Shown: positions 9,605 through 18,394 of the stretch, one piece after another
Layout: the number at the start of each line of letters is the position of its first letter
Numbering within the stretch: the stretch's first letter is position 1
Assembly (NCBI GenBank): GCA_020639075.1
Contig: JACKHI010000001.1
Location: 2,662,315 to 2,726,314 of the forward strand
Direction of reading: 5' to 3'
DNA length: 64,000 nucleotides
Source: Phycisphaerales bacterium
GTDB taxonomy: Bacteria > Planctomycetota > Phycisphaerae > UBA1845 > UTPLA1
Translations under genes and position numbers: made by a program
The notes under the pieces: generated by a model
The model's database searches: none
Told to the model about the DNA's origin: nothing
What the model saw: only the letters and a program-made list of their open reading frames with translations

Positions 9605-9797
9605 TCGCGATCGGCGCGGCCCCAATCAGAGCCGCGACCGTAAGGGAGCGGAGAGGGCGCCGCAATTCGGCCGCTAGTCGTTTGCCAGAAACGCCGCGTG
9701 CAAGACCGAATCTCCTAGACTACCTGTAGGCGGGTGTTCAAGGCCCCCGGAGCCGCGGCTCACCGGGAGTACGGGCCAGGGGTATGCACGTCGCAGA

Positions 9798-10601
9798 TTA
9801 CGCATGCTCCCAATAATCTGACGGCCTTGGCGGCTTCGAATCGTCGAAACCCTGCGATCTCAATTCGTGCGAAGTCACGACTTTCGTCGGTTCCCCGTGG
9901 ATCATCTTGAATAGCGTTTGGACCAACTCGACGTGGGCGGCCTTTGTGTCAAGGTAGCCTTGCATGATCTTCTTCAACAACTCGATGACTCGCTGGCCGT
10001 CTTCGCCTGCGTCCTCAATCCGCGAATGAAGGAGACCGCTTTCGAGCATACCTGCGGTAGGTGTTGTGGCCTGATGGTAGGAGCGGACGACGGATCGCAT
10101 CAGCATGACGAAGACATAGCGAGATCCGATTTCCTGGGCGGATTCGAAAGGTGGAACGACGCGCAGCTCGAACATCGCCTCCAGGTGTCTGAGCAACTCG
10201 CGATAGTATTCCTCGATGTCTTTGTGGATGTGCTCGCGCGTCGCCAGCAAATAGACATCGATCAAACGTTTCCAATCGTAGTCCCCGCCAGTGACGTCAT
10301 CGAATTGGTAGCCGGCGCCAAATCGACTTGCGGGCGTGACGTCGGACGTCGACTGATGGCGACACCCAAGTCGATACGCGCATGCGACCAACGGATAAAG
10401 GCAAATGGCGGCAAGTACCAAGTAGCCGAGCGACGCCGGATTCGCTGATTGGGCAGCCAGCTGCGCGATCGCCCAGATCTCTGCCGCCGCGAAAATGACG
10501 ACGCCCAGCCTGCAGAGTGAGACATACTGTTGCACCCGATGCCACATGCCGACCCTTTCCTTCTCTCCAGCCCGTCGTTTGACGATCGGCGAACGACTCA
10601 A
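9798..10601 (-). CDS. Hypothetical membrane protein
   Basis: Two N-terminal TM helices then a soluble domain with no recognisable family. Alternative start at 10547. Confidence 0.45.
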   Translation of the reverse strand: MSRSPIVKRRAGEKERVGMWHRVQQYVSLCRLGVVIFAAAEIWAIAQLAAQSANPASLGYLVLAAICLYPLVACAYRLGCRHQSTSDVTPASRFGAGYQFDDVTGGDYDWKRLIDVYLLATREHIHKDIEEYYRELLRHLEAMFELRVVPPFESAQEIGSRYVFVMLMRSVVRSYHQATTPTAGMLESGLLHSRIEDAGEDGQRVIELLKKIMQGYLDTKAAHVELVQTLFKMIHGEPTKVVTSHELRSQGFDDSKPPRPSDYWEHA

Positions 10602-11269
10602 TACGGCGCTTTGATCGGCTCAAATGTCATGTTGTTGAAGTCCTTGAGCATCCGTTCTTCATCAATGCCGTTTACCGTCACTTTTCCAGTGAAGATTGCG
10701 CCACGAGTGCTCCAAAGCAGTCGCCCACGAACGTAGTCCGCCCATTCCCATTCACTTACGTCAACGACTCTCCCTGTTAGCGTCTCTACCAACTCGTGTT
10801 CATCGAAATAGTTGCCCTTTCCTTCGGAATGATCTGTCGTTGCATGCGCGAACTTCCGCAGTACCCAGCTGTCGATGACATCTTTTTCAAAAATTGTGAC
10901 CGCTTGTATACGATTTCGCTGAGTGTTCGGTTCTCCCGTTTCGACGACTCTCCATCCATCTCGCATCAATCTTGGGTAATACACACCCGGGTCTTCGCTT
11001 GACGGGGTGACTCTTCCTTCATGCGAAAAGACGCGTGTCAACTTGTCTGGTCGGCGCATGAGTCGGTCCATTGGATTCTCATGAATCCAATATTCACGAT
11101 TGGAAACAAATAAGCCGCCACCGTTCCATGTGCTGCCATTTCCCCACAGACCAATCGCCTTCAGGTATGGAGCGCATGAGATCGCGGTCCACGAACCCTT
11201 GGTTTCGCTTTCCCATCGACCATTCATGGCAAATAGATCATAAAGCGGCCGTTGGGCGAGAGATCGCAT
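10598..11269 (-). CDS. Hypothetical protein (lower-GC segment)
   Basis: 223-aa ORF with noticeably lower GC than its neighbours. Overlaps by 45 nt with ORF 11224..11463 in another frame. Confidence 0.4.
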   Translation of the reverse strand: MRSLAQRPLYDLFAMNGRWESETKGSWTAISCAPYLKAIGLWGNGSTWNGGGLFVSNREYWIHENPMDRLMRRPDKLTRVFSHEGRVTPSSEDPGVYYPRLMRDGWRVVETGEPNTQRNRIQAVTIFEKDVIDSWVLRKFAHATTDHSEGKGNYFDEHELVETLTGRVVDVSEWEWADYVRGRLLWSTRGAIFTGKVTVNGIDEERMLKDFNNMTFEPIKAPY

Positions 11270-11463
11270 CGGCGCTCACGAATTCGCCCCTTCAGCCATT
11301 GACCAATTACAAACTCGTCGGTTCTCAGATTCCAGCCAATGGTGCAGACCTGCTTTGACGGGCCGCGGCGAATGACGACGGCAAAGGGTTTCTCTCGTGC
11401 CACGAGAACGTGGATCCTTGCCGGTATCGGCGCCCTGCTTTCCTTTCCTTCCGCCATATGCAC
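11224..11463 (-). CDS. Hypothetical; possibly the frameshifted N-terminal part of 10598..11269
   Basis: 79-aa ORF ending inside the start of the next ORF. A frameshift or sequencing error is suspected. Confidence 0.25.
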   Translation of the reverse strand: MHMAEGKESRAPIPARIHVLVAREKPFAVVIRRGPSKQVCTIGWNLRTDEFVIGQWLKGRIRERRCDLSPNGRFMIYLP

Positions 11464-11584
11464 GTTCCTCCGGCCATGGTTCCTTTCACTGTCGTCAATC
11501 TGGCATTGTCGATTTTGCCCACCTCGCCAAGTATGCCGGCGCCGCTGTACCGACTCCCCTACGGTCGCGGCTCTGATCGGCGAT

Positions 11585-11603
11585 TCCGGTGGGCACGGCC
11601 CAC
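11585..11603. repeat. 17-bp palindrome GGTGGGCACGGCCCACC
   Basis: Perfect hairpin immediately downstream of ftcD. Its mirror variant is at 13378-13394 upstream of ftcD. Confidence 0.4.
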
Positions 11604-11621
11604 CCTACGGCGCACGGCGAA

Positions 11622-13319
11622 TTACCCCTTCGTCATCGCCTTCTGCACGCTCGCAAGAATCTCCGCCTCCATCGCCTCCGCCTTGTCCTCGATCTCCTTG
11701 CCACGCGACAGAAACCCATCCCGCGCTGCCGGGTCCTTTAGATCTTTCGCATTGATCCGCACGTTCAGGTACGCCCCCTTTACGGCTGTGCGCGCACACA
11801 GCGCCGCGACGCCCGCGTCCGACGCACTGGCGGACATACCGATCTCTGCCATCTTCCTGGCAACGTCCATGCTCTCCAGCGCAACCTGCATCACGCGCAA
11901 CGGCGTCTCGATCGCGCCGACCGTTGCCGCCTGGATCGCGCGATCGCGGGCCGCATTCTCTTCGTCGTTGCCCTTGGGCAGGCCGAACGCATCCATGATC
12001 CTGTTGAATGCCTGCGTGTCCTCATCGACGAGCCGCAGCAGCTCGTCGTGATGCTTCTTGCCGCGCACGGCCCACTCGCTGAACTCCTCCCAGCGATCGT
12101 CCCAGCCGCGCTTGTGACTCGACAGGTTGGCGACCATCGTCGCCAGGGCCGCGCCGAATGCACCGACGGCCGCAGAGATGCTGCCGCCGCCCGGCGCCGG
12201 GCTTTCCGACGCTGTCTCATGCGTGAAATCCGTCAGCGTCATATCGACGAGCCGTTTCGTCTTGCCCGCGCGGGCCGCAATCGCGTATTCGATGATCTTC
12301 TCTTCCGGCTTGAACGGCGCGAGTTCGTCCATGCCCATGCTCTTGACGGCGATCTTAATCAGCTCCTTGTCGCTGACGCCGAGCGAGCGCTGCTGCTTGC
12401 GCAGGAAATACTCGCCCGCCTCGATCATGCTCTTCAGCGGCAAGAGCCCCACGACTTCGCTGCCCGTCACGCGAATGCCGCGTTCTTCCGCCTTCCTGCA
12501 ACATTCATCAAACGCAACGTGAACGGGCGTTACGCCGATGTTCGTCAGGTTCATCGAAATCTGGGCGACGCCGTATTCTTCGATGAACCAGCCGATCCCC
12601 TTGACGCATTTAAGCGAACCCGGCTCCCACATCGGCTCGCCGTTCGCGTCGTTAACGATCTTGCCCGTGACCGGATCGCCTTCGCGCTTGATGCGCCCCT
12701 TCTCGCGAATGTCGAACGCGATCGCATTCGCGCGCCGCGTGCTCGTCGTATTGAGGTTCACGTTGTAGGCGACGAGAAAGTCACGCGCGCCGACGGCCGT
12801 TGCGCCGCTCCGCGCGTTGAACTTCTCGGGGCCGAAGTCCGGTTTCCACTCCGGCTTCTTCAGCTTGTCGGCGAGCCCTTCGTACTCGCCTGCGCGAACA
12901 GTCGCCAGATTGCGACGCTCCGGCTTTGTGGCCGCGCTCTCGTAGCAATAAATCGTCAGGCCGACTTCCTCGCCGAGTCGTTTCGCGAGTTGCCGCGCGA
13001 ACACCGCCGTCTCGTCCATCGTGATATTCGCGACGGGCACGAGCGGGCAGACGTCCATCGCCCCGAAACGCGGATGCTCGCCGTGGTGTTTCGTCATGTC
13101 GATCAGTTCCGCCGCCTTGCGCCCCGCCCGAACGGCCGCCTCAATCACGGGCGCCGGTTCGCCCACGAACGTCACGACCGTGCGATTCGTCGCCGCGCCC
13201 GGATCGACGTCCAGCAACGTGACGCCGTCGACGCTCTCGATCGCGTCGGTAATCTGCTTCATGACGGCCATGTCGCGGCCTTCGGAAAAGTTGGGAACGC
13301 ATTCAATCAGTTGGGACAT
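11622..13319 (-). CDS. ftcD: Glutamate formimidoyltransferase / formiminotetrahydrofolate cyclodeaminase (bifunctional)
   Basis: N-terminus MSQLIECVPNFSEGRD is a formiminotransferase. C-terminal half (GGGSISAAVGAFGAALATMVANLS...) is the cyclodeaminase domain. Start ATG at 13319. Confidence 0.85.
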   Translation of the reverse strand: MSQLIECVPNFSEGRDMAVMKQITDAIESVDGVTLLDVDPGAATNRTVVTFVGEPAPVIEAAVRAGRKAAELIDMTKHHGEHPRFGAMDVCPLVPVANITMDETAVFARQLAKRLGEEVGLTIYCYESAATKPERRNLATVRAGEYEGLADKLKKPEWKPDFGPEKFNARSGATAVGARDFLVAYNVNLNTTSTRRANAIAFDIREKGRIKREGDPVTGKIVNDANGEPMWEPGSLKCVKGIGWFIEEYGVAQISMNLTNIGVTPVHVAFDECCRKAEERGIRVTGSEVVGLLPLKSMIEAGEYFLRKQQRSLGVSDKELIKIAVKSMGMDELAPFKPEEKIIEYAIAARAGKTKRLVDMTLTDFTHETASESPAPGGGSISAAVGAFGAALATMVANLSSHKRGWDDRWEEFSEWAVRGKKHHDELLRLVDEDTQAFNRIMDAFGLPKGNDEENAARDRAIQAATVGAIETPLRVMQVALESMDVARKMAEIGMSASASDAGVAALCARTAVKGAYLNVRINAKDLKDPAARDGFLSRGKEIEDKAEAMEAEILASVQKAMTKG

Positions 13320-13377
13320 CGTGCTGTTGCTCCGTCCTGCGGTAGGGAAAGTCGGCTTGAATTCGTCACATCGTAAT

Positions 13378-13394
13378 GTGGGCCGTGCCCACCG
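13378..13394. repeat. Palindrome GTGGGCCGTGCCCAC (mirror of 11585-11603)
   Basis: Same stem with the loop inverted, on the opposite side of ftcD. Confidence 0.4.
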
Positions 13395-13487
13395 ATCGTC
13401 CGTTAAGAGCACCGCATCCTACCACGCCGCCAATGGGGCGGGAATCTGCAGGAAATCAGCGGCAAGTCCTAGAATGCTCACGTCGCG

Positions 13488-13540
13488 CCACTGGCGGCTT
13501 GCCACGTGCCACTGGGTGCTTGCCACCCAGTGTTCAGGGC
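13488..13540. repeat. REP-like palindromes (GCCACTGG...CCAGTG family; CCCACTGGGTGCTTGCCACCCAGTG)
   Basis: cgccactggcggcttgccacgtgccactgggtgcttgccacccagtg. The same 25-bp unit recurs at 15397, 16097 and 17712. Confidence 0.45.
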
Positions 13541-13546
13541 GCAGCG

Positions 13547-13800
13547 TCAATCCCACGACCACACGGTCACTCGCGGCCGCGTCGGTGCATTCCTCCCCTC
13601 CTCTTCCGAATACGCCCACCAACTCGACCACTTCCACGCCGAAGGATGATCAACCAGCGAGCGCCGCGTCGGGTTGCGATGAATGTAGTCGATCGTTCGC
13701 CAGATCAGATCAGCACCGCGGATGTTCCGATCGAAACCGGGGCCCTCCTGCCAGAAACGAAAACAGGTTGCACCAGGTCGCTCGCGAATCGTCAGCGCGT
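13547..13800 (-). pseudogene. C-terminal fragment of an IS200-like / REP-associated tyrosine transposase (RAYT)
   Basis: FRFWQEGPGFDRNIRGADLIWRTIDYIHRNPTRRSLVDHPSAWKWSSWWAY matches the Y1-transposase C-terminal signature (WQ.GF.D..IR...DYIH.NP...LV..P.DW.WSS). The HUH/tyrosine N-terminal half is absent. The ORF's apparent first 13 codons are read from the terminus of IS copy A. Confidence 0.45.
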
Positions 13801-13813
13801 AGGTCGGGTCATC

Positions 13814-15354
13814 GACCGAATGGCATGTAGACATAACTTCTTTTACGACGCGCACTTACAAGCGGTTGCGCAATAGATGACCTCCCGTTGCAATGGTGTT
13901 GTCAAGTAAAGGCACCGTTACGACAGGAGGTCGATCATGCGTAGTTTGAGGGTTGCCGCCCGTGGGCTCAAGGGGCTTGTCGATTCCGAATGTCACTTTT
14001 CTCTTATTCCACAGGCGACCATCGATGCGATCAGTCGTGCGGTCGGGTATCGCGGCCGGCGTTGCTTTTGGACGCCGACTGTCATTGTGTGGACCTTCCT
14101 GCGACAGATCCTCGTCAGCAATTGCGCTTGCCGCGAGGCCGTCGCCATGACGATCAGCGGATCTCTCGCTCGCGATATTCAGCGACACGGCGAACCACAA
14201 TGTTCGATATCCGGTGATCCCAGCGCCTATGCACAGGCGCGTGGCAGACTCCCGCTGAAGTGGTTCGAGGCACTCCATCGGCGCATCTCCGACGATGTGT
14301 GCGGTCGCGTGGGCGACACGCTGCGCTGGTGCGGACGTCGCGTTCGCATCATCGACGGCGCGACGATCAGCATGCCGGATACGCCGGCGTTGCAGGCGGC
14401 ATTTCCGCAACCCCATGGTCAGAAGCCCGGCTGCGGTTTTCCACAACTTCGCCTGACGGCGATTTTCTGTCATGCGAGCAGCGCCCTGTTGGATCTGACG
14501 GTCGATGCGCTTCGCGTGCAGGAACTTCCCCTCTTGCGACGCATGCTCCAGCGGTTTGATTCCGGCGATGTCATCGTTGCCGATCGCGCCTATCAAAGCT
14601 ATGCAGACGTGGCGGAATGGCGACGTCACGGCATCGACGTGCTGCTGCGGCTGAATGAAGCACCGCTTCCGAATCTGCGGCCGTTGCGCCGTCTGGACCG
14701 CAACGACACGTTGATCGTGTGGCGTCGGCCGAAGAACCGCATACGACATCTTTCGCCGGAACAATGGGCGGTGTTGCCGGAATCGATGCACGTTCGACGG
14801 GTCGAAACGACTGTGGCTGCGTACGGATTCCGCACGCAGCACATCCAGGTATTGACGACCTTGCTTGACGAGGCGGCCTACTCGGCCGAATCGATTGCCG
14901 CGTTGTATCGTGATCGTTGGATGGCTGAGTTGAACCTGCGGAGCCTGAAGACAACGCTGAACATGGAAGTGCTCCGGGGAAAGTCGCCAGATATCGTTCG
15001 CAAGGAAGTGTACATGTACGCCGTGGCCTACAACCTGATTCGTTCGTTGATGTGGCGCGCGGCGAGGAGTCGCGATGGCGATCCGCGACGACTGAGTTTC
15101 GACGGAGCGCGGCAGCGAATCACAGCGATGGCGCCGTTCCTCGAAATCCTCCACGCACACAGCGATCGTGTCGCCTTGCTACAAAGACTCCTGGAACTCG
15201 TCGCCGCCGACAAGCTCCCGAATCGACCTGACCGAATCGAGCCTCGAGCCGTCAAACGCAGACCCAAGACGTACCTGCGGCTCACCCAATCACGATCCAA
15301 AATCCGCGCAAAACTCCGAAAAACTCACGCGGCTTAGCTTCATGCCATTCGGTC
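13814..15354 (+). mobile_element. IS4-family insertion sequence, copy A (about 1.54 kb)
   Basis: 14-bp perfect terminal inverted repeats GACCGAATGGCATG / CATGCCATTCGGTC. Single transposase ORF. Flanked by ggtcatcgacc on both sides (11-bp target duplication; only the 3-bp ATC overlap is also possible). Confidence 0.85.
13937..15337 (+). CDS. IS4-family DDE transposase
   Basis: 466 aa. VIVADRAYQSY and YRDRWMAELNLRSLK fit the IS4 Y-x2-R-x3-E-x6-K signature exactly. Confidence 0.9.
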   Translation: MRSLRVAARGLKGLVDSECHFSLIPQATIDAISRAVGYRGRRCFWTPTVIVWTFLRQILVSNCACREAVAMTISGSLARDIQRHGEPQCSISGDPSAYAQARGRLPLKWFEALHRRISDDVCGRVGDTLRWCGRRVRIIDGATISMPDTPALQAAFPQPHGQKPGCGFPQLRLTAIFCHASSALLDLTVDALRVQELPLLRRMLQRFDSGDVIVADRAYQSYADVAEWRRHGIDVLLRLNEAPLPNLRPLRRLDRNDTLIVWRRPKNRIRHLSPEQWAVLPESMHVRRVETTVAAYGFRTQHIQVLTTLLDEAAYSAESIAALYRDRWMAELNLRSLKTTLNMEVLRGKSPDIVRKEVYMYAVAYNLIRSLMWRAARSRDGDPRRLSFDGARQRITAMAPFLEILHAHSDRVALLQRLLELVAADKLPNRPDRIEPRAVKRRPKTYLRLTQSRSKIRAKLRKTHAA

Positions 15355-15396
15355 ATCGACCCGACATTCGCCGGAGCGTGCCGATTGCGCATCGTC

Positions 15397-15420
15397 CCAC
15401 TGGGTGCTTGCCACCCAGTG
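15397..15420. repeat. REP-like palindrome CCCACTGGGTGCTTGCCACCCAGTG
   Basis: Located 40 bp outside the right end of IS copy A. Confidence 0.45.
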
Positions 15421-15640
15421 ACACGATGTGGTTGCGCAGTGACACGATGGCAGGCAATGAGTGCACGAAAATACGACGAATCGCCCCCGATTTGGTGTAT
15501 CGAGTGAGGCCGCGGCGTGACATAGTGGATTCGTTCAACTAGAATAAAGAGATCAACTGTCCCTGTTCACGAGCTTGCGTCGACGCCCACAGCGTCGCGG
15601 AGCGTCGCTGCTCGCTCGACAATCCGGCGAGGGAGCGATC

Positions 15641-15997
15641 ATGGCAACGGAACCCCGAAACGACAACGAAAAGGAAGTCGGCGAGATCAGCAGCCTCACG
15701 GTGCTCCTTGGCCGCCTGACATGGATGGTCATCGGCCCCGCTGCCCTTGTCTATGTGATCTACTCCATCGTCTCCAGCGGAGACGGCTGGTTCACGCCAT
15801 GGGATTTCGCATTCGTGATTATCGCCGCACTCATGATCGGCGGACGCTGGATCGAACAGCGCTCCGGCGGCGCGATGACAGTCATGGGGCACCGCTCGAC
15901 GAGCGAACACTTCGCGCGCTACGTCCGCATTCTTCTTCCCGCCGCAATCGGCGCGTGGATCGTTGCGAATGTCGTCGGGAATCACTTGCTGACGTGA
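15641..15997 (+). CDS. Small hypothetical membrane protein (118 aa), bracketed by the two IS copies
   Basis: GGGAG RBS then ATG 15641. Two or three TM helices (LTWMVIGPAALVYVIYSIV; FAFVIIAALMIGG; LLPAAIGAWIVANVV). Confidence 0.5.
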   Translation: MATEPRNDNEKEVGEISSLTVLLGRLTWMVIGPAALVYVIYSIVSSGDGWFTPWDFAFVIIAALMIGGRWIEQRSGGAMTVMGHRSTSEHFARYVRILLPAAIGAWIVANVVGNHLLT

Positions 15998-16096
15998 CGC
16001 CAGTCGGGCCCGTTAGTATCAGGCAACGCGACGAACAAGAAAGCGCGTTCGCGCAAGCGACTTCCTAAATTGTGCCACCGCGTGCGCACTTCGTCC

Positions 16097-16120
16097 CACT
16101 GGGTGCTTGCCACCCAGTGC
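16097..16120. repeat. REP-like palindrome CCCACTGGGTGCTTGCCACCCAGTG
   Basis: Directly abuts the palindromic target just outside the left end of IS copy B. Confidence 0.45.
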
Positions 16121-16135
16121 GTAGGTCGGGTCATC

Positions 16136-17677
16136 GACCGAATGGCATGAAGCTAAGCCGCGTGAGTTTTTCGGAGTTTTGCGCGGATTTTGGATCGTGA
16201 TTGGGTGAGCCGCAGGTACGTCTTGGGTCTGCGTTTGACGGCTCGAGGCTCGATTCGGTCAGGTCGATTCGGGAGCTTGTCGGCGGCGACGAGTTCCAGG
16301 AGTCTTTGTAGCAAGGCGACACGATCGCTGTGTGCGTGGAGGATTTCGAGGAACGGCGCCATCGCTGTGATTCGCTGCCGCGCTCCGTCGAAACTCAGTC
16401 GTCGCGGATCGCCATCGCGACTCCTCGCCGCGCGCCACATCAACGAACGAATCAGGTTGTAGGCCACGGCGTACATGTACACTTCCTTGCGAACGATATC
16501 TGGCGACTTTCCCCGGAGCACTTCCATGTTCAGCGTTGTCTTCAGGCTCCGCAGGTTCAACTCAGCCATCCAACGATCACGATACAACGCGGCAATCGAT
16601 TCGGCCGAGTAGGCCGCCTCGTCAAGCAAGGTCGTCAATACCTGGATGTGCTGCGTGCGGAATCCGTACGCAGCCACAGTCGTTTCGACCCGTCGAACGT
16701 GCATCGATTCCGGCAACACCGCCCATTGTTCCGGCGAAAGATGTCGTATGCGGTTCTTCGGCCGACGCCACACGATCAACGTGTCGTTGCGGTCCAGACG
16801 GCGCAACGGCCGCAGATTCGGAAGCGGTGCTTCATTCAGCCGCAGCAGCACGTCGATGCCGTGACGTCGCCATTCCGCCACGTCTGCATAGCTTTGATAG
16901 GCGCGATCGGCAACGATGACATCGCCGGAATCAAACCGCTGGAGCATGCGTCGCAAGAGGGGAAGTTCCTGCACGCGAAGCGCATCGACCGTCAGATCCA
17001 ACAGGGCGCTGCTCGCATGACAGAAAATCGCCGTCAGGCGAAGTTGTGGAAAACCGCAGCCGGGCTTCTGACCATGGGGTTGCGGAAATGCCGCCTGCAA
17101 CGCCGGCGTATCCGGCATGCTGATCGTCGCGCCGTCGATGATGCGAACGCGACGTCCGCACCAGCGCAGCGTGTCGCCCACGCGACCGCACACATCGTCG
17201 GAGATGCGCCGATGGAGTGCCTCGAACCACTTCAGCGGGAGTCTGCCACGCGCCTGTGCATAGGCGCTGGGATCACCGGATATCGAACATTGTGGTTCGC
17301 CGTGTCGCTGAATATCGCGAGCGAGAGATCCGCTGATCGTCATGGCGACGGCCTCGCGGCAAGCGCAATTGCTGACGAGGATCTGTCGCAGGAAGGTCCA
17401 CACAATGACAGTCGGCGTCCAAAAGCAACGCCGGCCGCGATACCCGACCGCACGACTGATCGCATCGATGGTCGCCTGTGGAATAAGAGAAAAGTGACAT
17501 TCGGAATCGACAAGCCCCTTGAGCCCGCGGGCGGCAACCCTCAAACTACGCATGATCGACCTCCTGTCGTAACGGTGCCTTTACTTGACAACACCATTGC
17601 AACGGGAGGTCATCTATTGCGCAACCGCTTGTAAGTGCGCGTCGTAAAAGAAGTTATGTCTACATGCCATTCGGTCA
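16136..17677 (-). mobile_element. IS4-family insertion sequence, copy B (inverted relative to A)
   Basis: Interior is the reverse complement of copy A with a single nucleotide difference (the paired antisense shadow ORFs 13856-15160 and 16330-17634 differ T vs A, and the overlapping 65-aa shadow ORFs V vs A; the 466-aa transposase proteins are identical). Same 14-bp IRs and identical flanking target sequence. Confidence 0.85.
16153..17553 (-). CDS. IS4-family DDE transposase (copy B)
   Basis: Protein identical to 13937..15337. Confidence 0.9.
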   Translation of the reverse strand: MRSLRVAARGLKGLVDSECHFSLIPQATIDAISRAVGYRGRRCFWTPTVIVWTFLRQILVSNCACREAVAMTISGSLARDIQRHGEPQCSISGDPSAYAQARGRLPLKWFEALHRRISDDVCGRVGDTLRWCGRRVRIIDGATISMPDTPALQAAFPQPHGQKPGCGFPQLRLTAIFCHASSALLDLTVDALRVQELPLLRRMLQRFDSGDVIVADRAYQSYADVAEWRRHGIDVLLRLNEAPLPNLRPLRRLDRNDTLIVWRRPKNRIRHLSPEQWAVLPESMHVRRVETTVAAYGFRTQHIQVLTTLLDEAAYSAESIAALYRDRWMAELNLRSLKTTLNMEVLRGKSPDIVRKEVYMYAVAYNLIRSLMWRAARSRDGDPRRLSFDGARQRITAMAPFLEILHAHSDRVALLQRLLELVAADKLPNRPDRIEPRAVKRRPKTYLRLTQSRSKIRAKLRKTHAA

Positions 17678-17711
17678 TCGACCCGACATTCGCGGGCGCG
17701 TACCGATTGCG

Positions 17712-17735
17712 CATCGTCCCACTGGGTGCTTGCCC
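17712..17735. repeat. Truncated REP-like palindrome (CCCACTGGGTGCTTGCCCGAAGC)
   Basis: Same spacing from the right end of IS B as 15397-15420 from the right end of IS A. The 3' arm is degenerate. Confidence 0.35.
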
Positions 17736-18044
17736 GAAGCTGCTCTCAAATCCTCCTCCTTCGAAACTCGCATTCGATAAAGACACTCGCCCGGGGGGTA
17801 TGCGCTCATTGCCAGGGACTTCAGTCCCTGGAGGGAGTTTTCGTCCAATTGCCGCCCGACACGGCGGACGTCGCCATCGAAACAACAGTCGCCGCACGTC
17901 ACGAACTCCACGCACAGCGACCGGCCAATCTACAGGGCACGCAACGCGTTACCCCTCACGGAACCACGATCAAGGACTGCAACGTCATGCTGCGCAAAAA
18001 AACAACGACAGCCCCACAACAAACTCCGGACGCGCAAGCTGAAA

Positions 18045-18094
18045 TTTGCGAGCGTTTGCGACACTTTGCGACACTTTGCGACTGTTTGCACAGG
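18045..18094. repeat. Five phased 10-bp tandem repeats TTTGCGACAC
   Basis: aaaTTTGCGAgcgTTTGCGAcacTTTGCGAcacTTTGCGActgTTTGCAcagg. Exact 10-bp periodicity, about 300 bp upstream of the esterase gene. Confidence 0.6.
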
Positions 18095-18394
18095 CGTTTT
18101 TTTCAACAACCAAAGCGAACTCCCGCCGGGAAGGGGATTTATCGCTTGAATTCAATACTGCACGACAATCGACGCCCCAAACAAGCCCGACGCCCATCTG
18201 CAACTCCGCCTCATGGCAGCCCGAAGGGAAAATCCAGACAAATTTCAGAGACACTTCCGAGATTCCCCGATCACCCGGCAATACGCAACGATTTGCCCCG
18301 TTTGTCCTGCATCGGGACGGCCTGCGCCGACAAAAATCGGTCTGGCACGACCCGACACCGACCCGACTGCCTGCATGACAATTGGAGAATCCGG

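Noticed and set aside
13817-13855. Shared N-terminus MRVVKEVMSTCHS of ORFs 13547-13855 and 17635-18042
   Set aside because: These 13 codons are encoded by the terminus of the IS4 element read outward. The two ORFs diverge immediately after the IS boundary, so the start is a chimeric artefact.
18045-18094. CRISPR array
   Set aside because: The only regularly spaced direct repeats in the window are these 10-bp units without spacers. No 25-40-bp repeat-spacer array and no cas genes were seen.
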